A stretch of 48,613 nt of DNA from Escherichia phage haarsle. The notes below the pieces were generated by a model. The model saw only the letters and a list, made by a program, of their open reading frames with translations. It was not told the origin of the DNA and made no database searches. This document shows positions 1 through 8,285 of the stretch, piece after piece. The DNA is taken from sequence record NC_049828.1; one strand, given 5' to 3'. How positions within the stretch are numbered: the first letter of the stretch is position 1; each line of letters starts with the position of its first letter. The translations under genes and the position numbers were made by a program.

Positions 1-57
1 GAGGGGATAGAGAAACGCGATCCTCTCGCATCCTTTCCGGCAATCCTGGCGCGCACA

Positions 58-145
58 TCTGTTATCTTCTGTTATCGCTGTTATGCGTGTTATTCCGGCG
101 TGGAATCGCATAACAAAAAATAACAAGAGAAATCCATATAACATA
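58..145. repeat. Iteron cluster: 4 direct TGTTAT repeats (60-65, 70-75, 79-84, 88-93, ~10-bp phasing) followed by 3 inverted ATAACA copies (110-115, 120-125, 138-143)
   Basis: Read directly from the sequence; helical-turn spacing suggests a protein-binding array (pac, ori or regulator site). Confidence 0.6.
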
Positions 146-149
146 CTAA

Positions 150-300
150 AAAATAAGGATTATTTATTTATATGTATCTATAAATTACTATCTGTTGTGT
201 GTATTATGTGGTCATATTGATGTCTGATGTATTTTTGGTGGTTGTGTGTGGTTGTGTATTGGTTGGTGTGTATATATGGGGTGGGGGCGTATCCGCGCTT
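150..300. repeat. AT-rich tract followed by TG-rich degenerate repeats (GGTTGTGT-like units)
   Basis: Low-complexity composition; the only ORF here (212-445, minus) is a translation of the repeat. Confidence 0.5.
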
Positions 301-407
301 TTTTAGATAACACGCAAAAACAACATTGATTTATAAGAAAAAAAACGCGAATCTTGTTATTTTCTGAAAAGATAACATCGGAAAACCGCCAGTAACAACA
401 AAAACAG

Positions 408-437
408 TTGACACGCCAGGTGGCGGTAAATGATAAT
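408..437 (+). promoter_or_regulatory. Sigma70-type early promoter (TTGACA, 17-18 bp spacer, GATAAT)
   Basis: Consensus -35 at 408-413 and -10 at 431-437, about 30 bp upstream of the first rightward gene; spacer contains CCAGGTGG. Confidence 0.65.
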
Positions 438-468
438 GCAGTCACTGAGTCACGAGGAGGTATAAAGC

Positions 469-939
469 ATGAGTGAATCTGTATTTACAAATGAGCTTCG
501 CAAGGTTGCGATTGCGCTCGCATCTGGATTGCACGAATCGATCCAGATACCTGAAAGATGGGTAAGGCAGCACCTGGAGGGCAAGAAGTCAGCCAGCAAT
601 GCTGGATCATATATCCGTCAGATTATGGGGCGCGTTCCAGAAGTGGCGGAGAAGGGGAGAGTTTCAGTATCAAAGAAACCTTACGGCCCTGATAGCGAAT
701 ATTTCGGAGAAAATTACTTTGATGTGGCGATTGTTAGTGCGCCGAATCGCAGGGTGTACAACAAGGCCGCGCTTGAGAAGGCTGTAGCGAAAGCAAAACG
801 CCAGGTTGCTGAGTCGATGCTTAAAGTCTCACCAAACCTAGCGAACTACTCGCCAGATGAATATGAAACACTTGCTAAGGCGATCGCAGACTTTCACGCG
901 ATCATTAAAGAAACATATCTTAACGATGAGGAACAATAA
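469..939 (+). CDS. hypothetical early protein (156 aa)
   Basis: ORF with RBS GAGGAGG 8 nt upstream of the ATG; first gene after the left-end promoter. Confidence 0.6.
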   Translation: MSESVFTNELRKVAIALASGLHESIQIPERWVRQHLEGKKSASNAGSYIRQIMGRVPEVAEKGRVSVSKKPYGPDSEYFGENYFDVAIVSAPNRRVYNKAALEKAVAKAKRQVAESMLKVSPNLANYSPDEYETLAKAIADFHAIIKETYLNDEEQ

Positions 940-940
940 A

Positions 941-1189
941 ATGAGCAAACTTACTCTTGATGAACTGATGGAAAAAATTGATGAAGTGGGCTTTAACAAA
1001 CTGGTTTATTTCCACTTGACCGCATGTGAAATCACCGCGCAGGAGTTTAGCGACATGCTATCTGATGCGAGCGAGATTTACACAAGCCTATGCGGAAGAG
1101 AAATCAAAGTCATTGAAATTGAAATGCCTGGAGATCCGGTATTTGCAAGGCTTGTGTCTGCATTCGATGAGGAGAATGTTGGACTCTGA
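941..1189 (+). CDS. hypothetical protein (82 aa)
   Basis: Start chosen at internal ATG 941 preceded by GAGGA; the longer ORF from 857 overlaps the upstream gene. Confidence 0.5.
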   Translation: MSKLTLDELMEKIDEVGFNKLVYFHLTACEITAQEFSDMLSDASEIYTSLCGREIKVIEIEMPGDPVFARLVSAFDEENVGL

Positions 1190-1195
1190 GCGGAA

Positions 1196-1239
1196 ATAGC
1201 ACTTTTTGTTAAAACGCCAGGTGCGAATCCTGGCATAAT
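1196..1239 (+). promoter_or_regulatory. Promoter-like module P1: ATAGCACTTTTTGTTAAAAC, dyad GCCAGGTGCGAATCCTGGC, CATAAT
   Basis: 20-mer at 1196-1215, 22-bp spacer, -10-like 1234-1239, leader box TCATCGAAACGA, then the gene at 1272. Confidence 0.6.
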
Positions 1240-1271
1240 AGCCTCATCGAAACGAGATTGAGGAAACAAAA

Positions 1272-1457
1272 ATGGCACGTCGCATCACCAAAGACCTTAA
1301 AGTCCTGAACAAAGAAAACGTAGTTAAAATCCTGGTTATCTGGGGATACAACGAAGAAGCAGCAAAGCAGAAGGTAGAATCAGGTTATGACCTGGCTGTA
1401 AAAGCAATGCCAAACGACGACGCAAAAGGCATTGCAAACTATGTGGCTCTCTTTTAA
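1272..1457 (+). CDS. hypothetical protein (61 aa)
   Basis: ORF with RBS GAGGAAAC; sits downstream of module P1. Confidence 0.55.
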   Translation: MARRITKDLKVLNKENVVKILVIWGYNEEAAKQKVESGYDLAVKAMPNDDAKGIANYVALF

Positions 1458-1472
1458 TTAGCAGGTGAATAA

Positions 1473-1658
1473 ATGAAAACGAAATTAGTCCATAAATCAG
1501 AAATCAAGATCGGCGATACTGTAATTCACAACGGCGAGCTTAGAACGGTTGGCAAAGAGTCAATAAGCCACGATGAATTTATGGGGATCTTGTTGTTCGG
1601 TGACTCTTATCGTCTTGGTTACAAGATGGTTGAGCTTGTGGAAGAGGTGAAATTCTAA
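1473..1658 (+). CDS. hypothetical protein (61 aa)
   Basis: ORF; its TAA stop is immediately followed by module P2. Confidence 0.55.
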   Translation: MKTKLVHKSEIKIGDTVIHNGELRTVGKESISHDEFMGILLFGDSYRLGYKMVELVEEVKF

Positions 1659-1702
1659 ATAGCACTTTTTGTTAAAACTCAAAAGCGATAACCAGGCATA
1701 AT
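1659..1702 (+). promoter_or_regulatory. Promoter-like module P2
   Basis: 20-mer at 1659-1678, 22-bp spacer, CATAAT at 1697-1702; leader contains hairpin GGGCGgcacggcgtCGCCC. Confidence 0.55.
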
Positions 1703-1757
1703 AAATCACATAGGGCGGCACGGCGTCGCCCAGTAAAACCAATCAGGAGAAAGCACC

Positions 1758-1913
1758 ATGTTAAAACTTGCTGACATTAAATTCCCGATCACCTTCCAAT
1801 CAAAAGGAGTCGGACACTTCCACTTCACCAGCCATAATGAGTGCATTATTTATCCTTGCGGCGGAAACGGGCATTGGCATAAAAGCACATGCACAATTGA
1901 TCACATGATTTGA
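1758..1913 (+). CDS. small Cys/His-rich hypothetical protein (51 aa)
   Basis: ATG at 1758 after RBS CAGGAGAAAG; not in the supplied ORF track because under 60 aa. Confidence 0.4.
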   Translation: MLKLADIKFPITFQSKGVGHFHFTSHNECIIYPCGGNGHWHKSTCTIDHMI

Positions 1914-1958
1914 TGCCATAACGATTATTACGAAGCAATCAAAGACTATGGCTACGCA

Positions 1959-2642
1959 ATGCCAGGCTACACATGTTTGCACTATAAGCCATACAAGGGC
2001 CAGGTGTTACCAGTACGCTCACCGGAACGCGCAGAGATTCCGGTGGTAGAAATGAAAACGTGCGACTATAAAAAATTGTGGTGCTTAAGCGTGGATAACA
2101 TCAAGTATCCGATTGTTTTTCATTGTGGCGGTTCAACAATCAGGTTCACATCGCGCGACAATGGCGTTTATAGCGACGGTCAGAAATCAGAGCTTAAGGT
2201 TGATTTTTTTGTTAATGGTCACAACAAATTCAATCCGCACAATGAAACGAGCAAGGTGTACTACGTGGAAGACATTACAAAACACTTTTTTGGCGATGCG
2301 CCAATTGGCGGAGGTAAATCATATTTTGCTCAGGCAATAGATAACGCTGCGCGACGCATTGGTGAGCAGATTCACAGTCAAACAATCAATGGGCCTGGCA
2401 TTATTGCGCGAAACCTCGTAAGTCAGAGCGCCATTGAAGATATGCCAGTTTCAGCCACGCTAAAAGGAGTCCGGCTTGATGACGGCACCTGGTATGAATT
2501 AACGGCTACACCAAAGACAATCGAAATTCATGATGACGTTTTTATCCTCCTGCTTCACTATGGCAGTGCGAAAAACCGGACTGTGGCAGGAGAGATAAGC
2601 ATCAAGCGCGGAACGATGGTTAAGTGGAAGGTTAATGTGTAA
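1959..2642 (+). CDS. hypothetical protein (227 aa) with Walker-A-like motif APIGGGKS
   Basis: ORF; motif read from the translation; weak RBS so the start is uncertain. Confidence 0.5.
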   Translation: MPGYTCLHYKPYKGQVLPVRSPERAEIPVVEMKTCDYKKLWCLSVDNIKYPIVFHCGGSTIRFTSRDNGVYSDGQKSELKVDFFVNGHNKFNPHNETSKVYYVEDITKHFFGDAPIGGGKSYFAQAIDNAARRIGEQIHSQTINGPGIIARNLVSQSAIEDMPVSATLKGVRLDDGTWYELTATPKTIEIHDDVFILLLHYGSAKNRTVAGEISIKRGTMVKWKVNV

Positions 2643-2686
2643 ATAGCACGAATTGTTAAAAGCGGGGCGCAATGCATCGCTATAAT
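2643..2686 (+). promoter_or_regulatory. Promoter-like module P3 (variant 20-mer ATAGCACGAATTGTTAAAAG, TATAAT)
   Basis: Follows the TAA stop at 2640-2642; 22-bp spacer to TATAAT at 2681-2686. Confidence 0.55.
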
Positions 2687-2716
2687 GCAAACACCAATCA
2701 ACGAGAGGAAATCATC

Positions 2717-3118
2717 ATGGTAGAGTTAAACGACATTCGCGTTGGAACAAAATTTCGCGTAACCTGGGCAGATGAATATTGCGGCGTTAGCAAGGGCCAG
2801 GTTGTTACTGTGGATAGTATTTATCGCGGATGCAGCAAAGACTTTCGCCGCCCACGCATCAAGAATGGATATATCATTACTCGCCGTTTTGGCTTTGAGC
2901 ATTATTACGTAGTGGCGACTCAAGGAGTTTTGATTGAGCTTCAGCGAATCAGCGATCATCGCGGCTGTCATGTCAAAACAACGAAGATACCATTTCAGCG
3001 AGCGAGATACGATGCGCGACGGATGCGCCGACTTGCTCGAAATGCGATCAAGTTCAAGAAGCATGGTGGTAACTTTTACCGAATGTACAAAGGGATTGCG
3101 CGAAATGCTGGAAAATAA
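2717..3118 (+). CDS. hypothetical protein (133 aa)
   Basis: Start at ATG 2717 with RBS GAGAGGAAA; the upstream in-frame ATG at 2672 lies inside the promoter module. Confidence 0.55.
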   Translation: MVELNDIRVGTKFRVTWADEYCGVSKGQVVTVDSIYRGCSKDFRRPRIKNGYIITRRFGFEHYYVVATQGVLIELQRISDHRGCHVKTTKIPFQRARYDARRMRRLARNAIKFKKHGGNFYRMYKGIARNAGK

Positions 3119-3236
3119 CAACAACGCAACCAATCCAAAGCCGCCATTTGATTTTCATGAAATCATGATTGTGTTATTCTTGATTCTCTTAGTTGTTTAT
3201 TCAGTGAGGGCCGCAACATGGTTTTTAATGCACTAA
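3105..3236 (+). CDS. small hydrophobic protein (43 aa, one predicted TM helix)
   Basis: ATG 3105 with RBS AAGGGA; hydrophobic core IMIVLFLILLVVYSV; overlaps neighbouring genes. Confidence 0.35.
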   Translation: MLENNNNATNPKPPFDFHEIMIVLFLILLVVYSVRAATWFLMH

Positions 3237-3481
3237 AACGAATCTTTAAACCTGAATACCGGATAGTTGCTTGCACAGAATGCAAGATTTATTACCTGCA
3301 ACGCCGCCGCGTTATCAGTGGAGATTGGGAATATCTGACGGATGACGCTTTCGGCTTTTGGGCTATGGAGTTCAATAGCTACAGCGAAGCGCGTGAGTAC
3401 GCTAAAAAGTTGCACAAGTTCCGACCTTACAAGCTGCGTTTGCTGGTTGTCAAAAAATGCGACGTATGGGATCACGAATGA
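3218..3481 (+). CDS. hypothetical protein (87 aa)
   Basis: ORF with RBS GAGGG. Confidence 0.55.
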   Translation: MVFNALKRIFKPEYRIVACTECKIYYLQRRRVISGDWEYLTDDAFGFWAMEFNSYSEAREYAKKLHKFRPYKLRLLVVKKCDVWDHE

Positions 3482-3654
3482 AAAGAGTAATTATCACCTT
3501 TATTGCACTTATCGCTGGTTCCCACTTGGCTTATGGGTATAGCGGCATTGTTGAGTCAATCGGCGGAATGATTATCTTCCTGGCTGGCGCATGTTACGGC
3601 TACGGCGATGGATTTAAAAATGGCAAGCGTTACATCCTGACCGGGAAGAAATAA
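3478..3654 (+). CDS. small membrane protein (58 aa)
   Basis: ATGA start/stop overlap with the upstream gene; hydrophobic segments. Confidence 0.45.
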   Translation: MKRVIITFIALIAGSHLAYGYSGIVESIGGMIIFLAGACYGYGDGFKNGKRYILTGKK

Positions 3655-3698
3655 TGTTTAACCGCGCCGCTTCGGTGGCGCTAAAAGGAGGAATCAAA

Positions 3699-3836
3699 AT
3701 GGCTAAAAGCAATCGTAAAATGTTGATTAACGCATTCGAAAAGGCAGCGCTTGAGCGTGGTTGGAATGACTCATTTCACACAGCAAACTGTATCCGCCGT
3801 TACGGATTCAAGAATTGCCGCTCCTGGGCACGTTAA
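3699..3836 (+). CDS. small hypothetical protein (45 aa)
   Basis: Strong RBS AAAGGAGGAA before ATG 3699. Confidence 0.4.
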   Translation: MAKSNRKMLINAFEKAALERGWNDSFHTANCIRRYGFKNCRSWAR

Positions 3837-3986
3837 ATGGCTTCATGGTATGATCTTGATGCGCATTACCTTGATATGGATTGCGCCATGGTTGAAATGA
3901 TTGAACAGGCCGCACTAGAGGATCGACCATTAACGCAATCTGATTTTGACGATTTTGTGCGCGATGAAATCTATTACATGAGCTAA
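3837..3986 (+). CDS. small acidic hypothetical protein (49 aa)
   Basis: ATG directly after the upstream stop; its stop TAA abuts module P4. Confidence 0.4.
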   Translation: MASWYDLDAHYLDMDCAMVEMIEQAALEDRPLTQSDFDDFVRDEIYYMS

Positions 3987-4030
3987 TAGCACTTTTTGTT
4001 AAAACTTCCGCGAGGGCATTTGTTAAAGTG
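3986..4030 (+). promoter_or_regulatory. Promoter-like module P4 (20-mer present, -10 not obvious, partial duplication TTGTTAAAG)
   Basis: 20-mer at 3986-4005 overlapping the TAA stop; leader GAAGCGAAACAGAGGAAAG. Confidence 0.45.
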
Positions 4031-4061
4031 TCCTCATTGAAGCGAAACAGAGGAAAGCGCA

Positions 4062-4319
4062 ATGTCAACCTTAAAAGATAAAAATTTTATTGGTCATGTT
4101 AGAGTTAAGTTAATCAATGTTGACTACAGACCAGATCCAGAATCGCCGACATTGCGCGAGTGGGCCGGATTCGAAAACGGAAAGGAAATGGTTGTCGAGC
4201 TTTACAAAGATGGTGAGATGTGGGCGATGGCTGGCATTAATCACAACGGCGAATTTGGCGAAGTAAAAGAAACAGATTGGTTTAGTCTTACAGAGAATGA
4301 AGCGGAGATTATCGAATGA
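4062..4319 (+). CDS. hypothetical protein (85 aa)
   Basis: ORF with RBS GAGGAAAG. Confidence 0.55.
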   Translation: MSTLKDKNFIGHVRVKLINVDYRPDPESPTLREWAGFENGKEMVVELYKDGEMWAMAGINHNGEFGEVKETDWFSLTENEAEIIE

Positions 4320-4549
4320 TCACGATTAACCTTTCAGAGAAGCAAGCATATCAAGTGATGAGCTACATTTCTGGATTTGGTATGGAAGGAGCTATGGGTG
4401 AAGTTGCGGATCAGATTTGCCGTCAACTTACACCAGCACCAACGCGAGCGGCAGAAACTGCCGCATGGCGTAACGAGGCAGGATACATTCAGAAGGCTAT
4501 TGAAGACTGGAAGCGCAAAAACGAGACGGCGGAGGATGCTGGATTATGA
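4316..4549 (+). CDS. hypothetical protein (77 aa)
   Basis: ORF with ATGA overlap, translationally coupled. Confidence 0.55.
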   Translation: MITINLSEKQAYQVMSYISGFGMEGAMGEVADQICRQLTPAPTRAAETAAWRNEAGYIQKAIEDWKRKNETAEDAGL

Positions 4550-4860
4550 TTTACATTCACTACTACCAGATCGGGACAAACGAAAACAAGCAGGAGCGCA
4601 GAGCAATTTGTGACACGCTCGACGATGCAAAAGCACAGCAACGCGTTTTGGGTGGCGTAATTCAGGCTTTTGAGCCAGTTCAAGACATAGAGCACCGAGA
4701 GCATTTGAAAGAGATTGTTGTTGATGAAATTTCATCACTAATCGACGACATGACAAATCACGGGCCTGGTTCTCCGTGGGAAGAAGCCGGATCGACGGAG
4801 TGGGATTGCGCTAAAGTTGCAACGCTTAACAACTTTCGTGAGTTGCTCGACGATTTTTAA
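4546..4860 (+). CDS. hypothetical acidic protein (104 aa)
   Basis: ORF with ATGA overlap to the upstream gene. Confidence 0.55.
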   Translation: MIYIHYYQIGTNENKQERRAICDTLDDAKAQQRVLGGVIQAFEPVQDIEHREHLKEIVVDEISSLIDDMTNHGPGSPWEEAGSTEWDCAKVATLNNFRELLDDF

Positions 4861-4869
4861 TTAAAATTG

Positions 4870-4916
4870 AATGCCTCACACAGCGAACAGGACGCATTTT
4901 GACGAGGCATTTTTTA
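4870..4916 (+). terminator. Putative intrinsic terminator (stem AATGCCTC/GAGGCATT, T6)
   Basis: Inverted repeat with a long loop followed by a T-run. Confidence 0.4.
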
Positions 4917-4930
4917 GGTAAGGTGATTCA

Positions 4931-5059
4931 ATGGATAACTACATAAAACCGTCGCAGTGGTGCGCACAGAAGCAAGAGGAAGCATTAGAACGAGGCGACA
5001 CTGAAACGGCAATGCACTATTTCGAAATGTACAACTTGTGGAAGGGTAGAGGTCTGTAA
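4931..5059 (+). CDS. small hypothetical protein (42 aa)
   Basis: ATG 4931 after AAGGTGA; TAATG overlap with the next gene. Confidence 0.35.
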   Translation: MDNYIKPSQWCAQKQEEALERGDTETAMHYFEMYNLWKGRGL

Positions 5060-5289
5060 TGTTTGGAATGAACGAGGCACAATTCAACGCTGCAAAACGC
5101 CAGGCTAAGAAGTGCGGCGAGGCAATGAAAGCGGATGTTGAAAAGCGCGGAAAGTATGTTGATGAAGTTATGAAGGGCATTATTGCCGAACATTATCAGC
5201 CAGTTGCGCCAATGCTGACAATTACCCAATTCATCTGGTTATGTGGTTATCTTCGTGGGCGATGGGGAAACGCATTTGACCGCGAATGA
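5059..5289 (+). CDS. hypothetical protein (76 aa)
   Basis: ORF, coupled start. Confidence 0.5.
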   Translation: MFGMNEAQFNAAKRQAKKCGEAMKADVEKRGKYVDEVMKGIIAEHYQPVAPMLTITQFIWLCGYLRGRWGNAFDRE

Positions 5290-5435
5290 TTGACAACGAT
5301 TTCCTGATTGGTTAACATCTTAGGTGTTTACATAAGAGCGGCGTTAGTGTCGAACGGGTGGCGCGGTTGCCACGCAACAACGGCGATATGCAGGTTTTTA
5401 CCGTAAGACGTATCGCCTTTTTTATAGGTGGATAT
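5290..5435 (+). promoter_or_regulatory. Sigma70-like promoter (TTGACA-17-TAACAT) plus structured leader with hairpins and a T-run
   Basis: -35 at 5290-5295, -10 at 5313-5318; hairpins GTGGC..GCCAC and GGCGATA..TATCGCC followed by TTTTTTA. Confidence 0.45.
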
Positions 5436-5669
5436 ATGGAAAAGTACAAATTAACTTTCATGTTTAATAGTATGGTGATGAATCCCTTAAATGGTTACGC
5501 TTGCAATAGCTTTTCTGTTACCGTGAATGAGGATGAAATTGATGATGATGGCAAATTCATTCGAATTGGTGAATACTTGTACCCCGTGCACAATATCAAT
5601 TGCATCAAACGCGAGATCGTAAAAGATGAAGTACAAGGTAAGATTGACGATCAGGAGAATGGGGCGTAA
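5436..5669 (+). CDS. hypothetical protein (77 aa)
   Basis: ATG 5436 downstream of the structured leader. Confidence 0.5.
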   Translation: MEKYKLTFMFNSMVMNPLNGYACNSFSVTVNEDEIDDDGKFIRIGEYLYPVHNINCIKREIVKDEVQGKIDDQENGA

Positions 5670-5811
5670 TTGCTCGTCATGCCGACAAAGTTTTGAATGT
5701 GAGGTTGAAGCGCGCGGGGAGCTTGAGGCGGCAGCAATAGCAAAAGAGTTGTCCGGCGCTAATCAAGACACTCACCAGTTTTCAATAGATCTTGTAAGGA
5801 AAATATCATGA
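5659..5811 (+). CDS. small Cys-rich hypothetical protein (50 aa)
   Basis: RBS CAGGAGA before ATG 5659; CSSC motif. Confidence 0.4.
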   Translation: MGRNCSSCRQSFECEVEARGELEAAAIAKELSGANQDTHQFSIDLVRKIS

Positions 5812-6047
5812 GTTCTGTAATTATTGGTTTGGTTGCTTTAATTGTTGGTGTTCTAATCGGTTTTGTTGCTGTATCTTTCGTGTTGGCTGTTGGTGTTCGC
5901 TATAAGTCAAAAAAAGGAGAATTTGCTTTAGCGTTTTGGGATGAAGAACAGAAAGTTTGGCAGGTTCGCGGTCACTACTTATCAATCGGTGGCAAGATTC
6001 ACAGCGCTATGAAAACAAATCCAGAAAAAGTAAAATACAAGTATTGA
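5808..6047 (+). CDS. membrane protein (79 aa, N-terminal TM helix)
   Basis: ORF with RBS AAGGAAAA; hydrophobic N-terminus. Confidence 0.5.
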   Translation: MSSVIIGLVALIVGVLIGFVAVSFVLAVGVRYKSKKGEFALAFWDEEQKVWQVRGHYLSIGGKIHSAMKTNPEKVKYKY

Positions 6048-6054
6048 ACAACTA

Positions 6055-6079
6055 CCCGCCAAATGGCGGGTTTTTTATT
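6055..6079 (+). terminator. Intrinsic terminator (CCCGCC aaat GGCGGG, T6)
   Basis: GC stem-loop followed by TTTTTT at the end of the early region. Confidence 0.8.
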
Positions 6080-6127
6080 GTCTGCAATTTGTCTATAATG
6101 AGGATTTGTTATAAAGGAGGGCGCATT

Positions 6128-6649
6128 ATGGCTAAAAACGTTGAGCCAGCAGTAAAGGCTTGCAATTTTAAAAAACTATATAATAAGCAATATGGCGATA
6201 TTGCAAAAATGACAAAGGCGCACAAGTACACGCCGGAACAGGTGTTTGATCTGGCTGTCCGTTACTTTACGTGGGCCGAGGAAAACCATATACAGGCGGC
6301 GGAAACGGCATCCTTTCAAGGTGATGTATACGAAAGCAAGATTCACAAGCCGCGCGTGTTCACCTTAAATGGATTCCGCTTATTCGCTGGCCTTTCTGCT
6401 TCCGTGCTTGAAAAATGGCGACGCGAGCCAGGATTCAGCGATGTTATGGACTTTATCGACGGCGTTGTTTACGAGCAAAAATTCCAGCTTGCTGCAAACA
6501 ATATTGTTAACGCCGGATTCATTGGTAAAGAGATCGGCATTGAAAAGCCAGCCACCGTTACCATTGAGAATAACACAAGCGCCAGCGTTGACGCTGTAAC
6601 GGCGGAGGAGGTCAAAGAGGCGGTAATTGACATTTTGGAGAAGATATAA
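6128..6649 (+). CDS. terminase small subunit (putative, 173 aa)
   Basis: RBS AAGGAGG; immediately upstream of and overlapping the large terminase; TATAAT at 6094-6099. Confidence 0.6.
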   Translation: MAKNVEPAVKACNFKKLYNKQYGDIAKMTKAHKYTPEQVFDLAVRYFTWAEENHIQAAETASFQGDVYESKIHKPRVFTLNGFRLFAGLSASVLEKWRREPGFSDVMDFIDGVVYEQKFQLAANNIVNAGFIGKEIGIEKPATVTIENNTSASVDAVTAEEVKEAVIDILEKI

Positions 6650-8217
6650 TGCTGATTTGGGAAGACTTAACAGCGGCGCAAAAACGCGCCGTTAAGGAAA
6701 TGAGCGAATATTCATTCGAAAAGATGATCCGCATTTGGTTTCAACTTCTCCAGGGACAAAGGTTCTTAGGAAACTGGCATTTCAGTTACCTATGTAGCGA
6801 AGTTGAAAAAATCATCAAAGGAGAGTCACAGAATGTAATTTTCAACATAACGCCAGGCAGTGGTAAAACAGAGATATTCTCGATCCACATGTCACCTTAT
6901 GCGTCATTGAAAAGTAAGAAGGTGCGAAATCTTAATCTTTCGTTTAGTGATGGCCTTGTCCAGCAGAATAGCAACCGAATTAAGGAGATTATTGGTTCTC
7001 CAGAATGGCAGGAGCTATGGCCTGGGAAACTGGCAAAGGCAAGCGCAAAGGATTTGATTGTAACCGATGGCGGCAAGGTTAAGTTACAAGTTAACTCGCG
7101 TTCTATTGGTGGTCAGGTTACTGGTCTGCGTGGTGGCTACATGGACGATGGCTTTACTGGTATGCTGGTTCTTGATGATCCAGACAAGCCGGATGACATG
7201 CTTTCTAAGGTGAAGCGCGAAGCCGGACACATGCGCCTAAAGAACACGGTTCGATCGCGTCGAATGAAGGACACCACGCCAATTGTGATGGTTCAGCAAC
7301 GCCTACACGTCAATGATTCAACATGGTTCATGACAAACGGCGGCATGGGCGGCATCAAGTTTAAGGTGGTTAGTATTCCGGCGCTCGTTACTAAGGAATA
7401 TCGCGAAACGCTTCCTGATTGGTTAAAGCCTGAGTTTGATCGCGATGTTTTGTCCAGTAAGCCAGTGATGATTGATGGAGTTGCTCATTATTCATTCTGG
7501 CCTGCTAAGGAAAGCGCGGAGGAATTGCTTGCGCTTCGAAATGCTGATCCGTACACGTTCGCTAGTCAGTATCAGCAACAGCCTGTTGCGCTTGGCGGTA
7601 ACGTGTTTAAAACAGAGTGGTTTCAGTATTACGGCAGCAGCGAGAAATGCACGCTACCAAAACCGGATCGCTTTGAATATACATTTATCACGGTTGATAC
7701 CGCACAGAAAACAGGGGAGCTTAACGACTACTCCGTGATCTGTTATTGGGGGATGTATAAAGATCGCGTTTACTTCATTGATGGTGTTCGCGGAAAATGG
7801 GAAGCACCAGACCTTGAGACTAATTTTGTTGCGTTCGTTAATCAGTGCTGGAAGCGCAATAAAGAATGCGGAACGTTGCGAAGGATTCATGTTGAAGATA
7901 AATCGTCTGGCACTGGTTTGATTCAGAGTGCAGCGAAAAAAATAATGATCAAGATCAATCCCGTTCAGCGCGATAAAGACAAGGTTACTCGTGCAATGGA
8001 CGCAGCGCCAGTAATGCGCGCCGGACGCGTAGCACTTCCAGAATCGCATCCTATGCTGGCTGAGATACTCGCTGAAGTTGCGGCGTTTACATTAGATGAT
8101 TCGCATCCTCATGATGATATTGTTGATAACATCATTGATGCGGTTAACATTGAAATGAACATGGCAGATGATCCGGTTGGAAGAATGAAAAAATTGGCAG
8201 GTTTGCGGAACAAATAG
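6649..8217 (+). CDS. terminase large subunit (522 aa)
   Basis: Size, position before the portal gene, ATPase-like GSGKT motif. Confidence 0.85.
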   Translation: MLIWEDLTAAQKRAVKEMSEYSFEKMIRIWFQLLQGQRFLGNWHFSYLCSEVEKIIKGESQNVIFNITPGSGKTEIFSIHMSPYASLKSKKVRNLNLSFSDGLVQQNSNRIKEIIGSPEWQELWPGKLAKASAKDLIVTDGGKVKLQVNSRSIGGQVTGLRGGYMDDGFTGMLVLDDPDKPDDMLSKVKREAGHMRLKNTVRSRRMKDTTPIVMVQQRLHVNDSTWFMTNGGMGGIKFKVVSIPALVTKEYRETLPDWLKPEFDRDVLSSKPVMIDGVAHYSFWPAKESAEELLALRNADPYTFASQYQQQPVALGGNVFKTEWFQYYGSSEKCTLPKPDRFEYTFITVDTAQKTGELNDYSVICYWGMYKDRVYFIDGVRGKWEAPDLETNFVAFVNQCWKRNKECGTLRRIHVEDKSSGTGLIQSAAKKIMIKINPVQRDKDKVTRAMDAAPVMRAGRVALPESHPMLAEILAEVAAFTLDDSHPHDDIVDNIIDAVNIEMNMADDPVGRMKKLAGLRNK

Positions 8218-8273
8218 CACGAATCGACAAACCAATATATAATCAAAGGCTGGTAAATCCAGCCTTTTTTATT
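8214..8273 (+). promoter_or_regulatory. Composite junction: partial module (ATAGCACGAAT...TATAAT at 8237-8242) followed by an intrinsic terminator (AGGCTGG taaat CCAGCCT, T6, 8247-8273)
   Basis: Read from the sequence between the large terminase and portal genes. Confidence 0.6.
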
Positions 8274-8285
8274 GGAGGAAAGATA

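Noticed and set aside
150-300. Possible CRISPR array suggested by TG-rich repetitive DNA (also 26930-27115)
   Set aside because: The repeats are short, degenerate and irregularly spaced with no repeat-spacer periodicity, and there are no cas genes.
212-445. 77-aa minus-strand ORF in the left-end non-coding region
   Set aside because: It is a translation of the TG-rich low-complexity repeats, has no RBS, and overlaps the predicted early promoter.
1206-1239. TTGTTA inside the 20-mer read as a canonical sigma70 -35 hexamer
   Set aside because: The distance to the -10-like hexamer is a constant 22 bp, far from the 16-18 bp needed; the module is treated as a non-canonical or factor-dependent promoter instead.
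5957-6649. Long version of the small terminase ORF starting at 5957
   Set aside because: The upstream part overlaps the membrane-protein gene and the terminator at 6055-6079; the ATG at 6128 has a strong RBS (AAGGAGG) and is preferred.
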